From: Candidatus Thorarchaeota archaeon
GTDB lineage: Archaea; Asgardarchaeota; Thorarchaeia; Thorarchaeales; Thorarchaeaceae
Reading direction: 5' to 3'
Length of the DNA stretch: 64,000 nt
NCBI GenBank assembly: GCA_046758445.1
Contig: JBHIAE010000011.1
Coordinates: 1 to 64,000 of the forward strand
In this document: one piece after another, positions 37,504 to 47,149 of the stretch
Layout: each line of letters opens with the position of its first letter
Numbering within the stretch: the stretch's first letter is position 1
Translations under genes and position numbers: made by a program
Notes under the pieces: generated by a model
What the model was told of the DNA's origin: nothing
Database searches by the model: none
What the model saw: the letters and a program-made list of their open reading frames with translations, nothing else

Positions 37504-38220
37504 TTGAGTCTTACCGCCCGAGACCTTCTACAAAAAGTGGCCAAGGATGCTAGTCTCTCATACACCGAGGTGGCCAGCCGCATCAACGATGCAATGGATG
37601 GTGGTGAAGGTCTCCTCGACGCCGTCACAGCTCTTGCTGAGGAGAAAGGCCTTGATCCTCTGAAGTACCGCATAAACTCAGTCAAGATTGTGGAAGAGCT
37701 AATTCGGATTCTTCAGGAAGACTACACACAGACCTTGATGATATCTGCAGTCCTAGGTCAGATGGTGGAGGCCGAAGGAAAAGACCGATTCCCCATCCCG
37801 GCATTCTTTGCCTTTCTCGAATTACTCTCCCAGGTACCTCAGGCACCTTCTGACACGATATCTGAAACCTCTACAGAGATTGAAGAGCGCACAACGAGAG
37901 TGATCGAGCTTACCACAACTCTAGTTTCCGTGATAGTCGAATGGTCTCAGGAGGGAGTTACTGGCGTTGCCGAGGACTGTCCAGAGTCCCTGAAAGAGTT
38001 GGCCCGCCTGGTGTTCAGGAAGACGAAGCTATTTCAATCGGGCTTGTGGACGTGCATCTCATGCGGGCAAATTGCAGACGTGAAAACAACCAGAGCGCTG
38101 ATGTGTCGAGAATGCGACGAGAAGATACGGAGAGACTCTCCTCCAACTCCAAGTGCGGAAAGATGGGAGCGAAACCGTACGGGATATGGACGGACCGAGA
38201 GGAAGAATCAGCTTGAATAG
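37504..38220 (+). CDS. Hypothetical helical protein with C-terminal zinc ribbon
   Basis: WTCISCG...MCREC. The track start 37312 overlaps dcd, so TTG 37504 is preferred. Confidence 0.7.
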   Translation: MSLTARDLLQKVAKDASLSYTEVASRINDAMDGGEGLLDAVTALAEEKGLDPLKYRINSVKIVEELIRILQEDYTQTLMISAVLGQMVEAEGKDRFPIPAFFAFLELLSQVPQAPSDTISETSTEIEERTTRVIELTTTLVSVIVEWSQEGVTGVAEDCPESLKELARLVFRKTKLFQSGLWTCISCGQIADVKTTRALMCRECDEKIRRDSPPTPSAERWERNRTGYGRTERKNQLE

Positions 38221-38268
38221 AGTTGCCAATGTTCTCTTGACGATCCACTCCCGGTTCTGACTTGCTCC

Positions 38269-38904
38269 CTATAGACTCAGATTCAGTCCCATATCGAGCA
38301 AGTGTATTGCGCGTTCAACTTCGCCCGCAGAAACTGTGATGTCATCCACCTGCAAGAGAACCTCCTTCTCTGTAGATTCTTCAAGAAATAGGACAACAGG
38401 TTCTAGACCAGCCACAGGGCCAACGCTCAGCAGTGGAGCGACCAATCCATCGTAGAAGTCCGATTTTCCTAGAGGGATTTCCATCTTCTTGAGAAGGGCT
38501 TCACCCTTTACCGAAACGACCTGTCCGCAGGTTGGGCCCTCATGTGCCATGAGTGCGATGACGAAGCTTGCTGGCACATTACTATGCAGGTAGAATAGGA
38601 AGTCCGGAACCCACTCATACTCCCGAATAACGACGTCACCAAAGATGAGCATCGTATTATCCGCTACCATTGCTTGTACCGGCACAACGGGAGGCTTAAC
38701 GTCCGCCGGATATCTGTTCCATACCGCAAATGCAGGAGCATTGAATACTAGCAGAGTTTCGAACGTGTTTCTCTCGTACAGTTGTCGACACAGCATTTGT
38801 CCCAGTGGATTTAGGCCCAGGATTATTGTGTAGGTGCCAGTCATGTTTGCCTTCTTGTAGGCCTCCAAGATTGGAGATATCCATTCTTGTTCAAAGTCCG
38901 ACAT
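38269..38904 (-). CDS. Hypothetical protein (possible PAC2/proteasome-chaperone-like alpha/beta fold)
   Basis: 211 aa ORF. TIILGLNPLGQMLCRQL and GLVAPLL...VERAIHLLD loosely follow the PAC2 layout. Confidence 0.55.
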   Translation of the reverse strand: MSDFEQEWISPILEAYKKANMTGTYTIILGLNPLGQMLCRQLYERNTFETLLVFNAPAFAVWNRYPADVKPPVVPVQAMVADNTMLIFGDVVIREYEWVPDFLFYLHSNVPASFVIALMAHEGPTCGQVVSVKGEALLKKMEIPLGKSDFYDGLVAPLLSVGPVAGLEPVVLFLEESTEKEVLLQVDDITVSAGEVERAIHLLDMGLNLSL

Positions 38905-39089
38905 AGAGATTCGTCCGGAATAGACTCCGAACGACTGCTAAAGACTATTCTCATTGCCTCCTGTACCTCCTGGCTTGCTTGTGTCGTGGACTTGCCAAAA
39001 CACCTGCCACATCGATGAATTCAAAAGAGAATTCAGCACGCGCGAGAGCGTCAAGAGTGCAAGGTAGTGATGCCTCTTGAGGTGATATC

Positions 39090-40352
39090 ATGTCTGGAAA
39101 AAGTGAAGCCACACTCAACCCGTTTGAGATCGCGAAAAGGCAGATTGACATAGTCGCGAAGCACATGGATCTTGATCCTGACATTGTCGAAGTTCTGAAG
39201 CATCCCAAGAGAGTGCTGGAAGTGTCAATTCCTGTACGAATGGACAATGGCAGAATTAAGGTGTTTACAGGCTATAGAGTCCAACACAACGAAGCTCGTG
39301 GACCCTTCAAGGGCGGTATCAGATACCACCCCCAAGTAGACCTGGATGAAGTGAAGGCCTTAGCTACTTGGATGTCCATGAAGACCGCGGTTGTTGATAT
39401 TCCATATGGGGGAGCCAAGGGAGGAATAGTCTGCAATCCAAAGGAGATGAGCAGTCATGAGATTGAGCACCTGACTCGCCGATTCACAACTGAGATTTCA
39501 TTGATAATTGGTCCTTACCGAGATGTACCCGCTCCTGATGTCAACACTAATGCTCAGGTAATGGCTTGGTTGATGGACACGTACAGCATGAACCAAGGCT
39601 ATGCCGTTCCAGAGGTTGTCACAGGAAAACCAATAGAAGTGGGAGGATCCCTCGGGAGAAATGAGGCAACCTCCAGAGGGGCAGTCCTATGCGTCAGAGA
39701 GGCCGCGAAAGTCATCGGGCTAGATCTGAATGGAGCGACTGTTGCCATTACTGGCTATGGGAATGTTGGCTATAATGCAGCTTGGTTGATTGAGGAGCTG
39801 GGTGCCAAGGTAGTTGCTGCAAGCGACTCGAAGGGTGCCATATATGCTCCTGATGGTTTCGACGCGAAGAAAGTCTACAAGCACAAGAAGAAGACCAAAA
39901 GCGTGAAGGACTATCCCGGAGCCAAGAACATCCGCCAAGATGAAGTGATTGGCCTAGACGTCGACATCCTCATACCAGCAGCATTGGAGAACGAGATCAC
40001 CGCAGAGAACGCAGACACCGTCAAGGCCAAGATAATCTCTGAGGGTGCCAACGGCCCCACCACTCCTGAAGCCGACGAGATACTCCACAAGAAGGGAGTT
40101 TTCTTGGTGCCTGACATCCTTGCCAACGCAGGTGGTGTCACAGTTTCCTACTACGAATGGCTCCAAAATCTTACCCGTGAGTACTGGACAGAAGATGAGG
40201 TCAACGAGAAGCTTGAGAAGCGCATTGTGAAGGCTTTCAATGACGTACACAAGATTTCTAAAGAGAAGGGAGTTCACATGCGAACTGCGGCCTATGTCCT
40301 TGCTGTGGGTCGGATAGCCGCTGCCCACACGCTCCGCGGTCTATATCCTTAA
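39090..40352 (+). CDS. gdhA: Glu/Leu/Phe/Val dehydrogenase (glutamate dehydrogenase)
   Basis: GPFKGGIRYHP, PYGGAKGG, DVPAPDVNT, VTGKP, GYGNVG, EGANGP, NAGGVTVSY. SD GAGGTGA. Confidence 0.97.
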   Translation: MSGKSEATLNPFEIAKRQIDIVAKHMDLDPDIVEVLKHPKRVLEVSIPVRMDNGRIKVFTGYRVQHNEARGPFKGGIRYHPQVDLDEVKALATWMSMKTAVVDIPYGGAKGGIVCNPKEMSSHEIEHLTRRFTTEISLIIGPYRDVPAPDVNTNAQVMAWLMDTYSMNQGYAVPEVVTGKPIEVGGSLGRNEATSRGAVLCVREAAKVIGLDLNGATVAITGYGNVGYNAAWLIEELGAKVVAASDSKGAIYAPDGFDAKKVYKHKKKTKSVKDYPGAKNIRQDEVIGLDVDILIPAALENEITAENADTVKAKIISEGANGPTTPEADEILHKKGVFLVPDILANAGGVTVSYYEWLQNLTREYWTEDEVNEKLEKRIVKAFNDVHKISKEKGVHMRTAAYVLAVGRIAAAHTLRGLYP

Positions 40353-40359
40353 GCGACAC

Positions 40360-40396
40360 GAGGCTGTGTTCTACAGCCTCCTCTCTATTTCTTTCA
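40360..40396 (+). terminator. Hairpin plus pyrimidine tract downstream of gdhA
   Basis: GAGGCTGT-GTTCT-ACAGCCTC followed by CTCTCTATTTCTTTC. Confidence 0.6.
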
Positions 40397-40484
40397 AACT
40401 TCTCAGACCCGGAAACTGCCAATCCGTGGTAGAACATTGAAACACTGACGCATACCGATTGGCAGCAGAATCAAAGACAGAAGC

Positions 40485-40504
40485 GTGGGGACTGTAGTCC
40501 CCAC
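40485..40504 (-). terminator. Hairpin downstream of the glutamate synthase-like gene
   Basis: GTGGGGACT-GT-AGTCCCCAC inverted repeat. Confidence 0.55.
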
Positions 40505-40521
40505 TTCATTCCATGATTCTT

Positions 40522-42150
40522 CTACCAGTCCAATAGAATCTCTTCCATCTGGCTGCTTTGGTAACGATGTGCCATTGGGATACAAGTGACCTCTTCTGCT
40601 AACGGAGTCAATGAACACACATCATCTCTTTCGAGCAGATCAATCTTCCATTTCCTGGTGCCGGCCAATAGCTGTTGGAGACCTGCCCCTATCCTCTCAT
40701 GATAATATGAGAATACTCCAATTGCGCCCTTCGGCATGTCCTTGTACTTGTCGCCCCACTTGTTTCTGAGTTTGGGTGATGAAACCATGTACTTCTCGGG
40801 GTCATCACCGTACTTCTTCACGAAAGGCTTTGGCAGCTTGCCTTCTTTCGCGAGCTCAGCAAAATAGGATCCCTTGAATGTAGCAGTTATCGGTGACCGA
40901 GCCATGGCAACTGCCTTTACAAGAGGTCCCTTGCCGTCCAGATTGGACATTGCGATGGCCTTGAAGATTGCAGTTTCTTCAATGAACCCTCCAGCGATGG
41001 CAAGTGTTGGCACATGCCTACCTTTCTTCTTAAGTATCTCAGCACACTTCAGCATCTGAGCGTAGAGATAGACAGTAGGTGTGCTGGCCTCGTTCATCAT
41101 GGGCACCGGTGACATCCCGGTGCCTCCTCCAGCTCCATCGAATGTTAGGTGGTCAATCTTGGCCTCAGATGCGACCCTGAAAGTAAAGGCGACATCAATT
41201 GGTCGATACGCGCCCGTCTTCAAGAAGACTTTCTTGGCTCCGTTCTCCCTTAGCCAGCTTATGTCCTCGACCATGCCCCTGTGCTCAGGCATACCAACAC
41301 GACTGTGCCTCTCGAATGTCTTGAATACTCCGTCTTTGAAAGCTTCCACGATGACAGGGTCGTCTGGATCAGGTATGACAACATACCCACGCGACTTGAG
41401 TTGTCTGGCTCTCTCTAGAGAGCGCAGTCGCACCTCGCCGCCGATAGCCTTTGCGCCCTGTCCCCACTTTCTCTCTATGATATTGACCTCAAGCTTGCTA
41501 ATCGCATAGAGGTCAACGCACAGCCTCTGGTCTTCGACGTTGGTCTGGACGGCGATGTCTCCGTACTTTCCATCCCACCAATCTCTGTATGCCTTGATCC
41601 TGAAATTCATGTCAGGAGAGTTCTCAATCCTCTTCTGTCCATTTACTTCTTTGAATTTCGAATCCGGATCCATCCCACAAACGTTTTCACCAACTACCTG
41701 AACGACGCCTGAGAGTGCTGCCCCACCGGCAATGCCATCCCAGTTGAGTTTGGCCACGGCTGTAGAGCCGAGACCAGCAGTGAACACAGGGACCTTCATC
41801 GGAACTCCTCCGATTGCAGTCGATACATCGACGTTCGGGAAGATGGCCTTGTCAGAGTCTGCTTCAATCCCATGTGCACCTTGAACCTGCACCATTATCT
41901 GGAAGTCTTCCCATCCTAGGCCGTAATACTTGTTGCCTGAAGAGGTACTCGCTCCAAACTCCTCGGGTTCCGGGTATAGCACTTCATTTCCTCGGAAGGC
42001 AGACTTGCTAATCTCACACAACACAGTGCAAGACTTGATACAGGCAGGACACATTCCTGACTGAGGATTAATGTCAGACTGACGCGTTCTAGTCCCTGCC
42101 GAGCCACGTTTGTTTGGGGTTCCTGGATTCGGGATTCCTACAGTTGTCAA
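40522..42150 (-). CDS. FMN-binding glutamate synthase family protein (stand-alone GltB FMN domain)
   Basis: SGMCPAC..C...C, KWGQGAKAIGGE, FERHSRVG, LKTGAY, DGAGGGTGMSP, IAGGF. TTG 42150 follows GAGGTG. Confidence 0.9.
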   Translation of the reverse strand: MTTVGIPNPGTPNKRGSAGTRTRQSDINPQSGMCPACIKSCTVLCEISKSAFRGNEVLYPEPEEFGASTSSGNKYYGLGWEDFQIMVQVQGAHGIEADSDKAIFPNVDVSTAIGGVPMKVPVFTAGLGSTAVAKLNWDGIAGGAALSGVVQVVGENVCGMDPDSKFKEVNGQKRIENSPDMNFRIKAYRDWWDGKYGDIAVQTNVEDQRLCVDLYAISKLEVNIIERKWGQGAKAIGGEVRLRSLERARQLKSRGYVVIPDPDDPVIVEAFKDGVFKTFERHSRVGMPEHRGMVEDISWLRENGAKKVFLKTGAYRPIDVAFTFRVASEAKIDHLTFDGAGGGTGMSPVPMMNEASTPTVYLYAQMLKCAEILKKKGRHVPTLAIAGGFIEETAIFKAIAMSNLDGKGPLVKAVAMARSPITATFKGSYFAELAKEGKLPKPFVKKYGDDPEKYMVSSPKLRNKWGDKYKDMPKGAIGVFSYYHERIGAGLQQLLAGTRKWKIDLLERDDVCSLTPLAEEVTCIPMAHRYQSSQMEEILLDW

Positions 42151-42314
42151 TAATACACACCTCACCTTCGGTATATAAGGTCCTGAGTTGCGCCGTCCAC
42201 TTTTCAACCTGTACTTAAGTCTAATCCCCGATTGATTGCACGATTATGGGTCGAACTGAATTTGCAGAATCACGAATCATCTCCAATGGTAAGATCGGCG
42301 AGGCAACGGCGCAT

Positions 42315-42917
42315 CTATTTCCTGATGATCTCGAGAAGCTCAGCCAGTCGACGCTTCACGTCAGACTCCACGGTGGTCAGCTGAGCCAATTGGCCAATCT
42401 GTCCGACACGTTCACTTCGAAACTCTTCTTCGGAGATCTTGCCTTGCCGTCTTTGAAGCTCAATCCTGTCCATCTCTGTTGAGATCTCCTTTCGCTTCTG
42501 CTCCACAAGCTCGAACCCTTGTTTCAGGGACATCCACTCTATCATTGCATTGCTCTTCTCTTGCTCAAGGCGTTCGCGTCTGAGTCTCTCTGCCTCTTGT
42601 TGCCTTAGCTGTCTGTTGGCTGCACGGATCTCTTTCTGAATCTCGTAGAGTCGTCCCTCCACCTCTCGTTTCACCTGTACCATCTGTGTTGAGATTTGCC
42701 ATTTCTCATGATACTGAGTCATATGTTCCTGTTCCGAGATCTCACCCTTCTCCAGTTTGAGGTCAATCTCTGTCAATCCAGCCTTGACCTCATCCAATTG
42801 GTCCTTCAGTTCCTCGTAGGACTTTCTCAACGAGACCCATTCAACGCTATATTGTGAGAGAATCTCCTTTGGGTCCAGATAGTACTCGTCCCTTTGGTCA
42901 CCCTCATGATGGCTCAT
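42315..42917 (-). CDS. Coiled-coil protein with two G-x-ISExE (SHOCT/CdvA-like) motifs
   Basis: KGEISEQEH and QGKISEEEF within long heptad helices. Confidence 0.75.
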   Translation of the reverse strand: MSHHEGDQRDEYYLDPKEILSQYSVEWVSLRKSYEELKDQLDEVKAGLTEIDLKLEKGEISEQEHMTQYHEKWQISTQMVQVKREVEGRLYEIQKEIRAANRQLRQQEAERLRRERLEQEKSNAMIEWMSLKQGFELVEQKRKEISTEMDRIELQRRQGKISEEEFRSERVGQIGQLAQLTTVESDVKRRLAELLEIIRK

Positions 42918-43008
42918 CTGTTAACTCTCCAGGTGAGTAAGACTGTACGGTTTCTTCCGACCTTAAGGTGTTTCGTAAGCGTTGTTCTGATTGTCTGGCG
43001 TATGAACA

Positions 43009-43473
43009 CTACTCCGTTTCTCTTGCCTCTCGTTCAGGTTCAGTTTCAGGAGGCGTTTCTGTATCCAGATAGTCCCAAGTGGGTGGAGGTTCAGGAGGCC
43101 CACCTTCCGAAGATTCTGGCTCGAGCTCAGGAAGTGGAGGTTCTTCCTCTGCACCTTCTTCCTGTTCTTCCGCTTCCTCCTCTTCTAGTTCTTCTTCCTC
43201 CTCCTCTCCCTCTACTTCTTCAACTGCCTCCTCAAGTTCCTTGACTGTGGATGAAATCGCCTTCAGTTTTCCCGTCTCCAGCTTCTCGAGGAGCTGATAG
43301 AACATCCGTTCCACGACTTTGGCGCTTCCTTTCGCTTCGAATTCCAGCTCTCCGAGTTCGAACTCGAGCTCAGTATAGTCGTCTTTCTTCTTTCTCTTCT
43401 TGGGTTTCTTCTCTTCCTCGACCATCGGATGCACCCAGTGGGCATTCAGGAGTTTCGCTAATAAATCATTCAC
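43009..43473 (-). CDS. Acidic low-complexity hypothetical protein
   Basis: TELEFELGELEFEAKGS domain plus Glu/Pro-rich tail. Confidence 0.65.
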   Translation of the reverse strand: MNDLLAKLLNAHWVHPMVEEEKKPKKRKKKDDYTELEFELGELEFEAKGSAKVVERMFYQLLEKLETGKLKAISSTVKELEEAVEEVEGEEEEEELEEEEAEEQEEGAEEEPPLPELEPESSEGGPPEPPPTWDYLDTETPPETEPEREARETE

Positions 43474-43537
43474 AGTGCTACCAACTCTAACCTCACAGCT
43501 TAAGAGGACGTAAGCTCATCACATCCGACGGTTGTAA

Positions 43538-44611
43538 GTGGAGATGAAGATTCAGGCTAATCTCCTTCCGGAGAAGGACCGGAAACAGAAGCCGACCGAT
43601 GTTCTGAAGCTTGCATTTGGAACTGTGTTCAGTGATCACATGTTTCTTATGGACCACAAGAATGGGGAGTGGACCGACGCCAGAATAGAGCCCTACGCGC
43701 CCCTGTCCATTGACCCAGCCGCCTTGGTTCTACACTACGGCCAAGGCATCTTTGAAGGTTTGAAGGCATACAGAAGAGGCGAGAGGGTTCTCCTCTTTCG
43801 TCCAAGCAAGAACATTGAACGGATGAACCAGTCCGCCACCAGAATGGTGATGCCTACTCTCGACCCGGATTTCGCCCTCGAGTCCATGTTGAACCTCATC
43901 AGAATAGAACGTGACTGGGTTCCACAGGTCGCTGGGAGTTCTCTCTACGTTCGTCCGACAATGATTGGAACGGAACCGAAGCTGGGTGTGAGAGCATCAA
44001 GTGAATATCTCTACTACATCATACTGAGTCCTGTCGGTCCGTATTTTCCGTCCGGGTTTGGACCTGTTAAGATCATGGTTGCAGACAAACACGTTAGAGC
44101 GGCAAAAGGAGGGGTTGGAGCCGCGAAGACAATGGGCAACTATGCCGCAGGTCTACTTGCGGGGAAAGAGGCTGCTGACGTGGGGTACTCTCAGGTGCTT
44201 TGGTTGGATGCTCATGACAGGAAATACCTCGAGGAAGTGGGTACAATGAATATCGCCGTGAAATTCGATGACGAATTGGCCACACCCCCACTCTCGGGGA
44301 CAATACTGCCCGGAATAACAAGGGATTCTGTCCTCCACATCGCTCGTGATTGGGGGCTGGATGTGAACGAGCGACCCATAACCATTGACGAGGTCATTGA
44401 AGGGCTTTCAACGGGAAAGGTGCAAGAGATCTTTGGCATAGGTACAGCTGCGATAATCGCGCCTGTGGGGTCCCTCTACTTCAAGGGCAAGGCCTATGCA
44501 GTAGCCGACGGCAATACCGGACCGGTCACACAGCGATTCTATGACGAACTAATTGGCATTCAGAGTGGCGAGCGAGAAGACAAGTTCGGCTGGGTAATAG
44601 AAGTAGAGTAG
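43538..44611 (+). CDS. ilvE: Branched-chain amino acid aminotransferase
   Basis: LHYGQGIFEGLKAY, LYVRP, AKTMGNYA, EEVGTMN, ILPGITR, GTAA. Confidence 0.96.
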   Translation: MEMKIQANLLPEKDRKQKPTDVLKLAFGTVFSDHMFLMDHKNGEWTDARIEPYAPLSIDPAALVLHYGQGIFEGLKAYRRGERVLLFRPSKNIERMNQSATRMVMPTLDPDFALESMLNLIRIERDWVPQVAGSSLYVRPTMIGTEPKLGVRASSEYLYYIILSPVGPYFPSGFGPVKIMVADKHVRAAKGGVGAAKTMGNYAAGLLAGKEAADVGYSQVLWLDAHDRKYLEEVGTMNIAVKFDDELATPPLSGTILPGITRDSVLHIARDWGLDVNERPITIDEVIEGLSTGKVQEIFGIGTAAIIAPVGSLYFKGKAYAVADGNTGPVTQRFYDELIGIQSGEREDKFGWVIEVE

Positions 44612-44683
44612 GACATCTCCAAGGTCAAATCAGGAAGCTTTTATCGTCATATTACTGCTTTGAAGTCCTACGAGGTGTCTACA

Positions 44684-45190
44684 CTGACGTCGCAACTCAT
44701 CGTTGACTTCACCAAGTGTACGGGTTGTAGAATGTGTGAGCTTGCATGTTCCGCAAGACACGAGGGCATGTTTCAGCCCAGCTTGGCACGACTGAGGATT
44801 GTCAAGTATGACGATCTCGGTGTCGACATCCCAAATGTGTGTGGTCCTTGCGAAACTGCGCCATGCGTAGATGTATGTCCTGTCTATGCAATGCGAAGAG
44901 ATCCAGTCACAAAGATGACCTATCTCGATTTAGACAAGTGTATTCTCTGCAAATCGTGTGCGGGTGTCTGCGTAAACGGCGTGATTCTCCTTGACACGAA
45001 TCGTATGAGAATCATCAAGTGTAACCACTGTGACGGCAGTCCAGAATGTGCGACTGTTTGTCCCACCGGGGCTGTCTACTACGGGCCCTCGTCTGTTGCT
45101 GAAACTGTGGACCGCCACGGCAAGGTGGCGAGTTATCTCGATGAGATACGAAGACTAGCAGAAGCAAAAGGGTCATGCGGAGAGAGCTGA
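44684..45190 (+). CDS. 4Fe-4S dicluster electron-transfer subunit of AOR
   Basis: CTGCRMCELAC, CGPCETAPCVDVCP, CILCKSCAGVC, CNHCDGSPECATVCP. SD GAGGTG precedes CTG 44684; the track uses TTG 44660. Confidence 0.92.
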   Translation: MTSQLIVDFTKCTGCRMCELACSARHEGMFQPSLARLRIVKYDDLGVDIPNVCGPCETAPCVDVCPVYAMRRDPVTKMTYLDLDKCILCKSCAGVCVNGVILLDTNRMRIIKCNHCDGSPECATVCPTGAVYYGPSSVAETVDRHGKVASYLDEIRRLAEAKGSCGES

Positions 45191-45191
45191 C

Positions 45192-47084
45192 ATGAAGTAC
45201 GGGGGCTACACCGGACGCATTCTTCGTGCCCGACTGGATGACGGTGACTTTAAGATTGACCGGCTGCCTGAAGAGTGGATACGAGAGTTCATCGGAGGCG
45301 ATGGGTTTGCCGCTCGTTTGCTCTTTGAGGAAGTCCCGGGGGGTATTGATGCTCTTGACCCCCAGAACAAACTCATGATATCCACAGGCCCCATAACCGG
45401 TACACTCTGGCCCATGTCGGGTCGAACGGTCTTTGTGTCGAAGGCGGCGCTGACCGGCATTTGGGGAGAATCACATGTTGGTGGTTTCCTAGGTCCAGAA
45501 TTGAAATACGCGGGGTACGACATGCTCGTAGTTGAAGGAGCCTCTGACAAACCAGTCTACATTTCTATTGAGGATGACCATGTTCAGATTGTTGACGCGA
45601 GTGACATGTGGGGGATGCAGACCAACGAAGTTAGCGCTGCCATTCAGAAGAAACACAACGATCCAGATGTCCAGGTTGCGGCCATAGGACCCTCTGGGGA
45701 GAAACGAGTTCGTTTCTCCGCTGTCATTGTGAACAATGCCCGGGCGGCAGGGAGAACAGGAATGGGTGCGGTACTCGGTTCAAAGAACGTGAAGGCCATT
45801 GCAATTCGAGGACACGGTGCCGTGCAGGTGCATGACCATGAGGGCTTCACGGAATTTGCGAAGGAAGCCCATCTCAGAGTAAGAGAGAATCCACAAGCCA
45901 AAGAAATGGGCAAGTGGGGCACCTGGATTCTCACAGCTGTAAAGCAGGAAATAGGAGAACTGCCAACGTACAACCACAGAACAGGAGTCTTTCCCGGTTG
46001 GGAGAAGCTCGCGGGTGACTACATTCGACCACGGTACACAATATCTGACAGGGCGTGTTTTGGATGCAGCCTCGGATGCAAGAAGGTGAACTACGTTCGA
46101 AACGGGCCATTTGCTGGAACGCTAGAAGAAGGTCCTGAGTATGAGGGTCTCATGGCGTTTGGCAGCTCCCTGGGAATCGACGACTATCCTACAACTCTCA
46201 AGGCCAATCAGATCTGCAACAGATATGGAATGGACATCATCTCAGCAGGAGCAACCATTGGATTCGCCATGGAGGCATTTGAGAACGGCGTAATCAATGA
46301 GACTGACACTGGTGGTCTTAGATTGGATTGGGGTGACAGCGCCCTAACCATTCGTCTGCTTGAGATGATCGCAAAGAGAGAGGGATTTGGTGGCCTTCTG
46401 GCAGAAGGGAGTGCGAAGGCAGCCCAGAAGATCGGCAAAGGAGCTGAGAAGTATGCAATTCATGTCAAGGGCATGGAGGTATCTGGGCAAGACGGGCGCA
46501 CTCATCGAAGCATCGGCTTGGGTCACGCCACGGGAGCGCGTGGGGCAGACCATTTACGAAGTCTAGTGGTTGTCGACCAGCTTGGGTATGAGGATGTCGC
46601 CGCTGAACGGTGGGGTAAGGACAAACTCCCGGAGATAGTTGACCCCTATACCGAGAAGTACAAGGCGGTTGCAGTGTTTGAATCTGAGAACACATACTGC
46701 ATCCGAGACACACTGATTGTATGCTGGTACTCGGTGTCGTGGCCTCCCATATTCTGGATGCACGACTTTGCAAAGATGCTCCCTCTTGCTACTGGGGTCA
46801 AGGAGTTTGGAAGCGAGGAGGAACTAACCAAGATAGCTGAGCGCCAAGTGAATTTGAAACGTCTGTTCAACGCTCGTGAGGGCATCAGCAGGAAGGACGA
46901 CACACTGCCGGACAGGTTCACGAAGGAGCCCATGCCTGAGGGGCCGGGAAAGGGGCAAGTTGTCAATTTAGAGCCAATGCTGAACGACTACTATCGACTA
47001 CGCGGTTGGGACCTTGAAACTGGTCTTCCAACTGCTAAGACAATCAAACGATTGGGCTTGGAGTGGACAAGTGCCCACTCCTAG
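45192..47084 (+). CDS. Tungsten-containing aldehyde:ferredoxin oxidoreductase family protein
   Basis: ELKYAGYD, IGPSGE, RAAGRTGMGAVLGSKNVKAI, CFGCSLGC, GPEYE, YGMDIIS, RGADH, YYRLRGWD. Confidence 0.95.
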   Translation: MKYGGYTGRILRARLDDGDFKIDRLPEEWIREFIGGDGFAARLLFEEVPGGIDALDPQNKLMISTGPITGTLWPMSGRTVFVSKAALTGIWGESHVGGFLGPELKYAGYDMLVVEGASDKPVYISIEDDHVQIVDASDMWGMQTNEVSAAIQKKHNDPDVQVAAIGPSGEKRVRFSAVIVNNARAAGRTGMGAVLGSKNVKAIAIRGHGAVQVHDHEGFTEFAKEAHLRVRENPQAKEMGKWGTWILTAVKQEIGELPTYNHRTGVFPGWEKLAGDYIRPRYTISDRACFGCSLGCKKVNYVRNGPFAGTLEEGPEYEGLMAFGSSLGIDDYPTTLKANQICNRYGMDIISAGATIGFAMEAFENGVINETDTGGLRLDWGDSALTIRLLEMIAKREGFGGLLAEGSAKAAQKIGKGAEKYAIHVKGMEVSGQDGRTHRSIGLGHATGARGADHLRSLVVVDQLGYEDVAAERWGKDKLPEIVDPYTEKYKAVAVFESENTYCIRDTLIVCWYSVSWPPIFWMHDFAKMLPLATGVKEFGSEEELTKIAERQVNLKRLFNAREGISRKDDTLPDRFTKEPMPEGPGKGQVVNLEPMLNDYYRLRGWDLETGLPTAKTIKRLGLEWTSAHS

Positions 47085-47149
47085 GGGAACGCTTCACTCT
47101 ACGCCTGAATTCCTCTAGAGCTACTCTGCACATCTCCTACAAACTATTC

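Noticed and set aside
43130-43240. TCC/TTC-rich repeat-like DNA
   Set aside because: It is simply the antisense of a poly-Glu coding tract, not a tandem repeat or CRISPR array.
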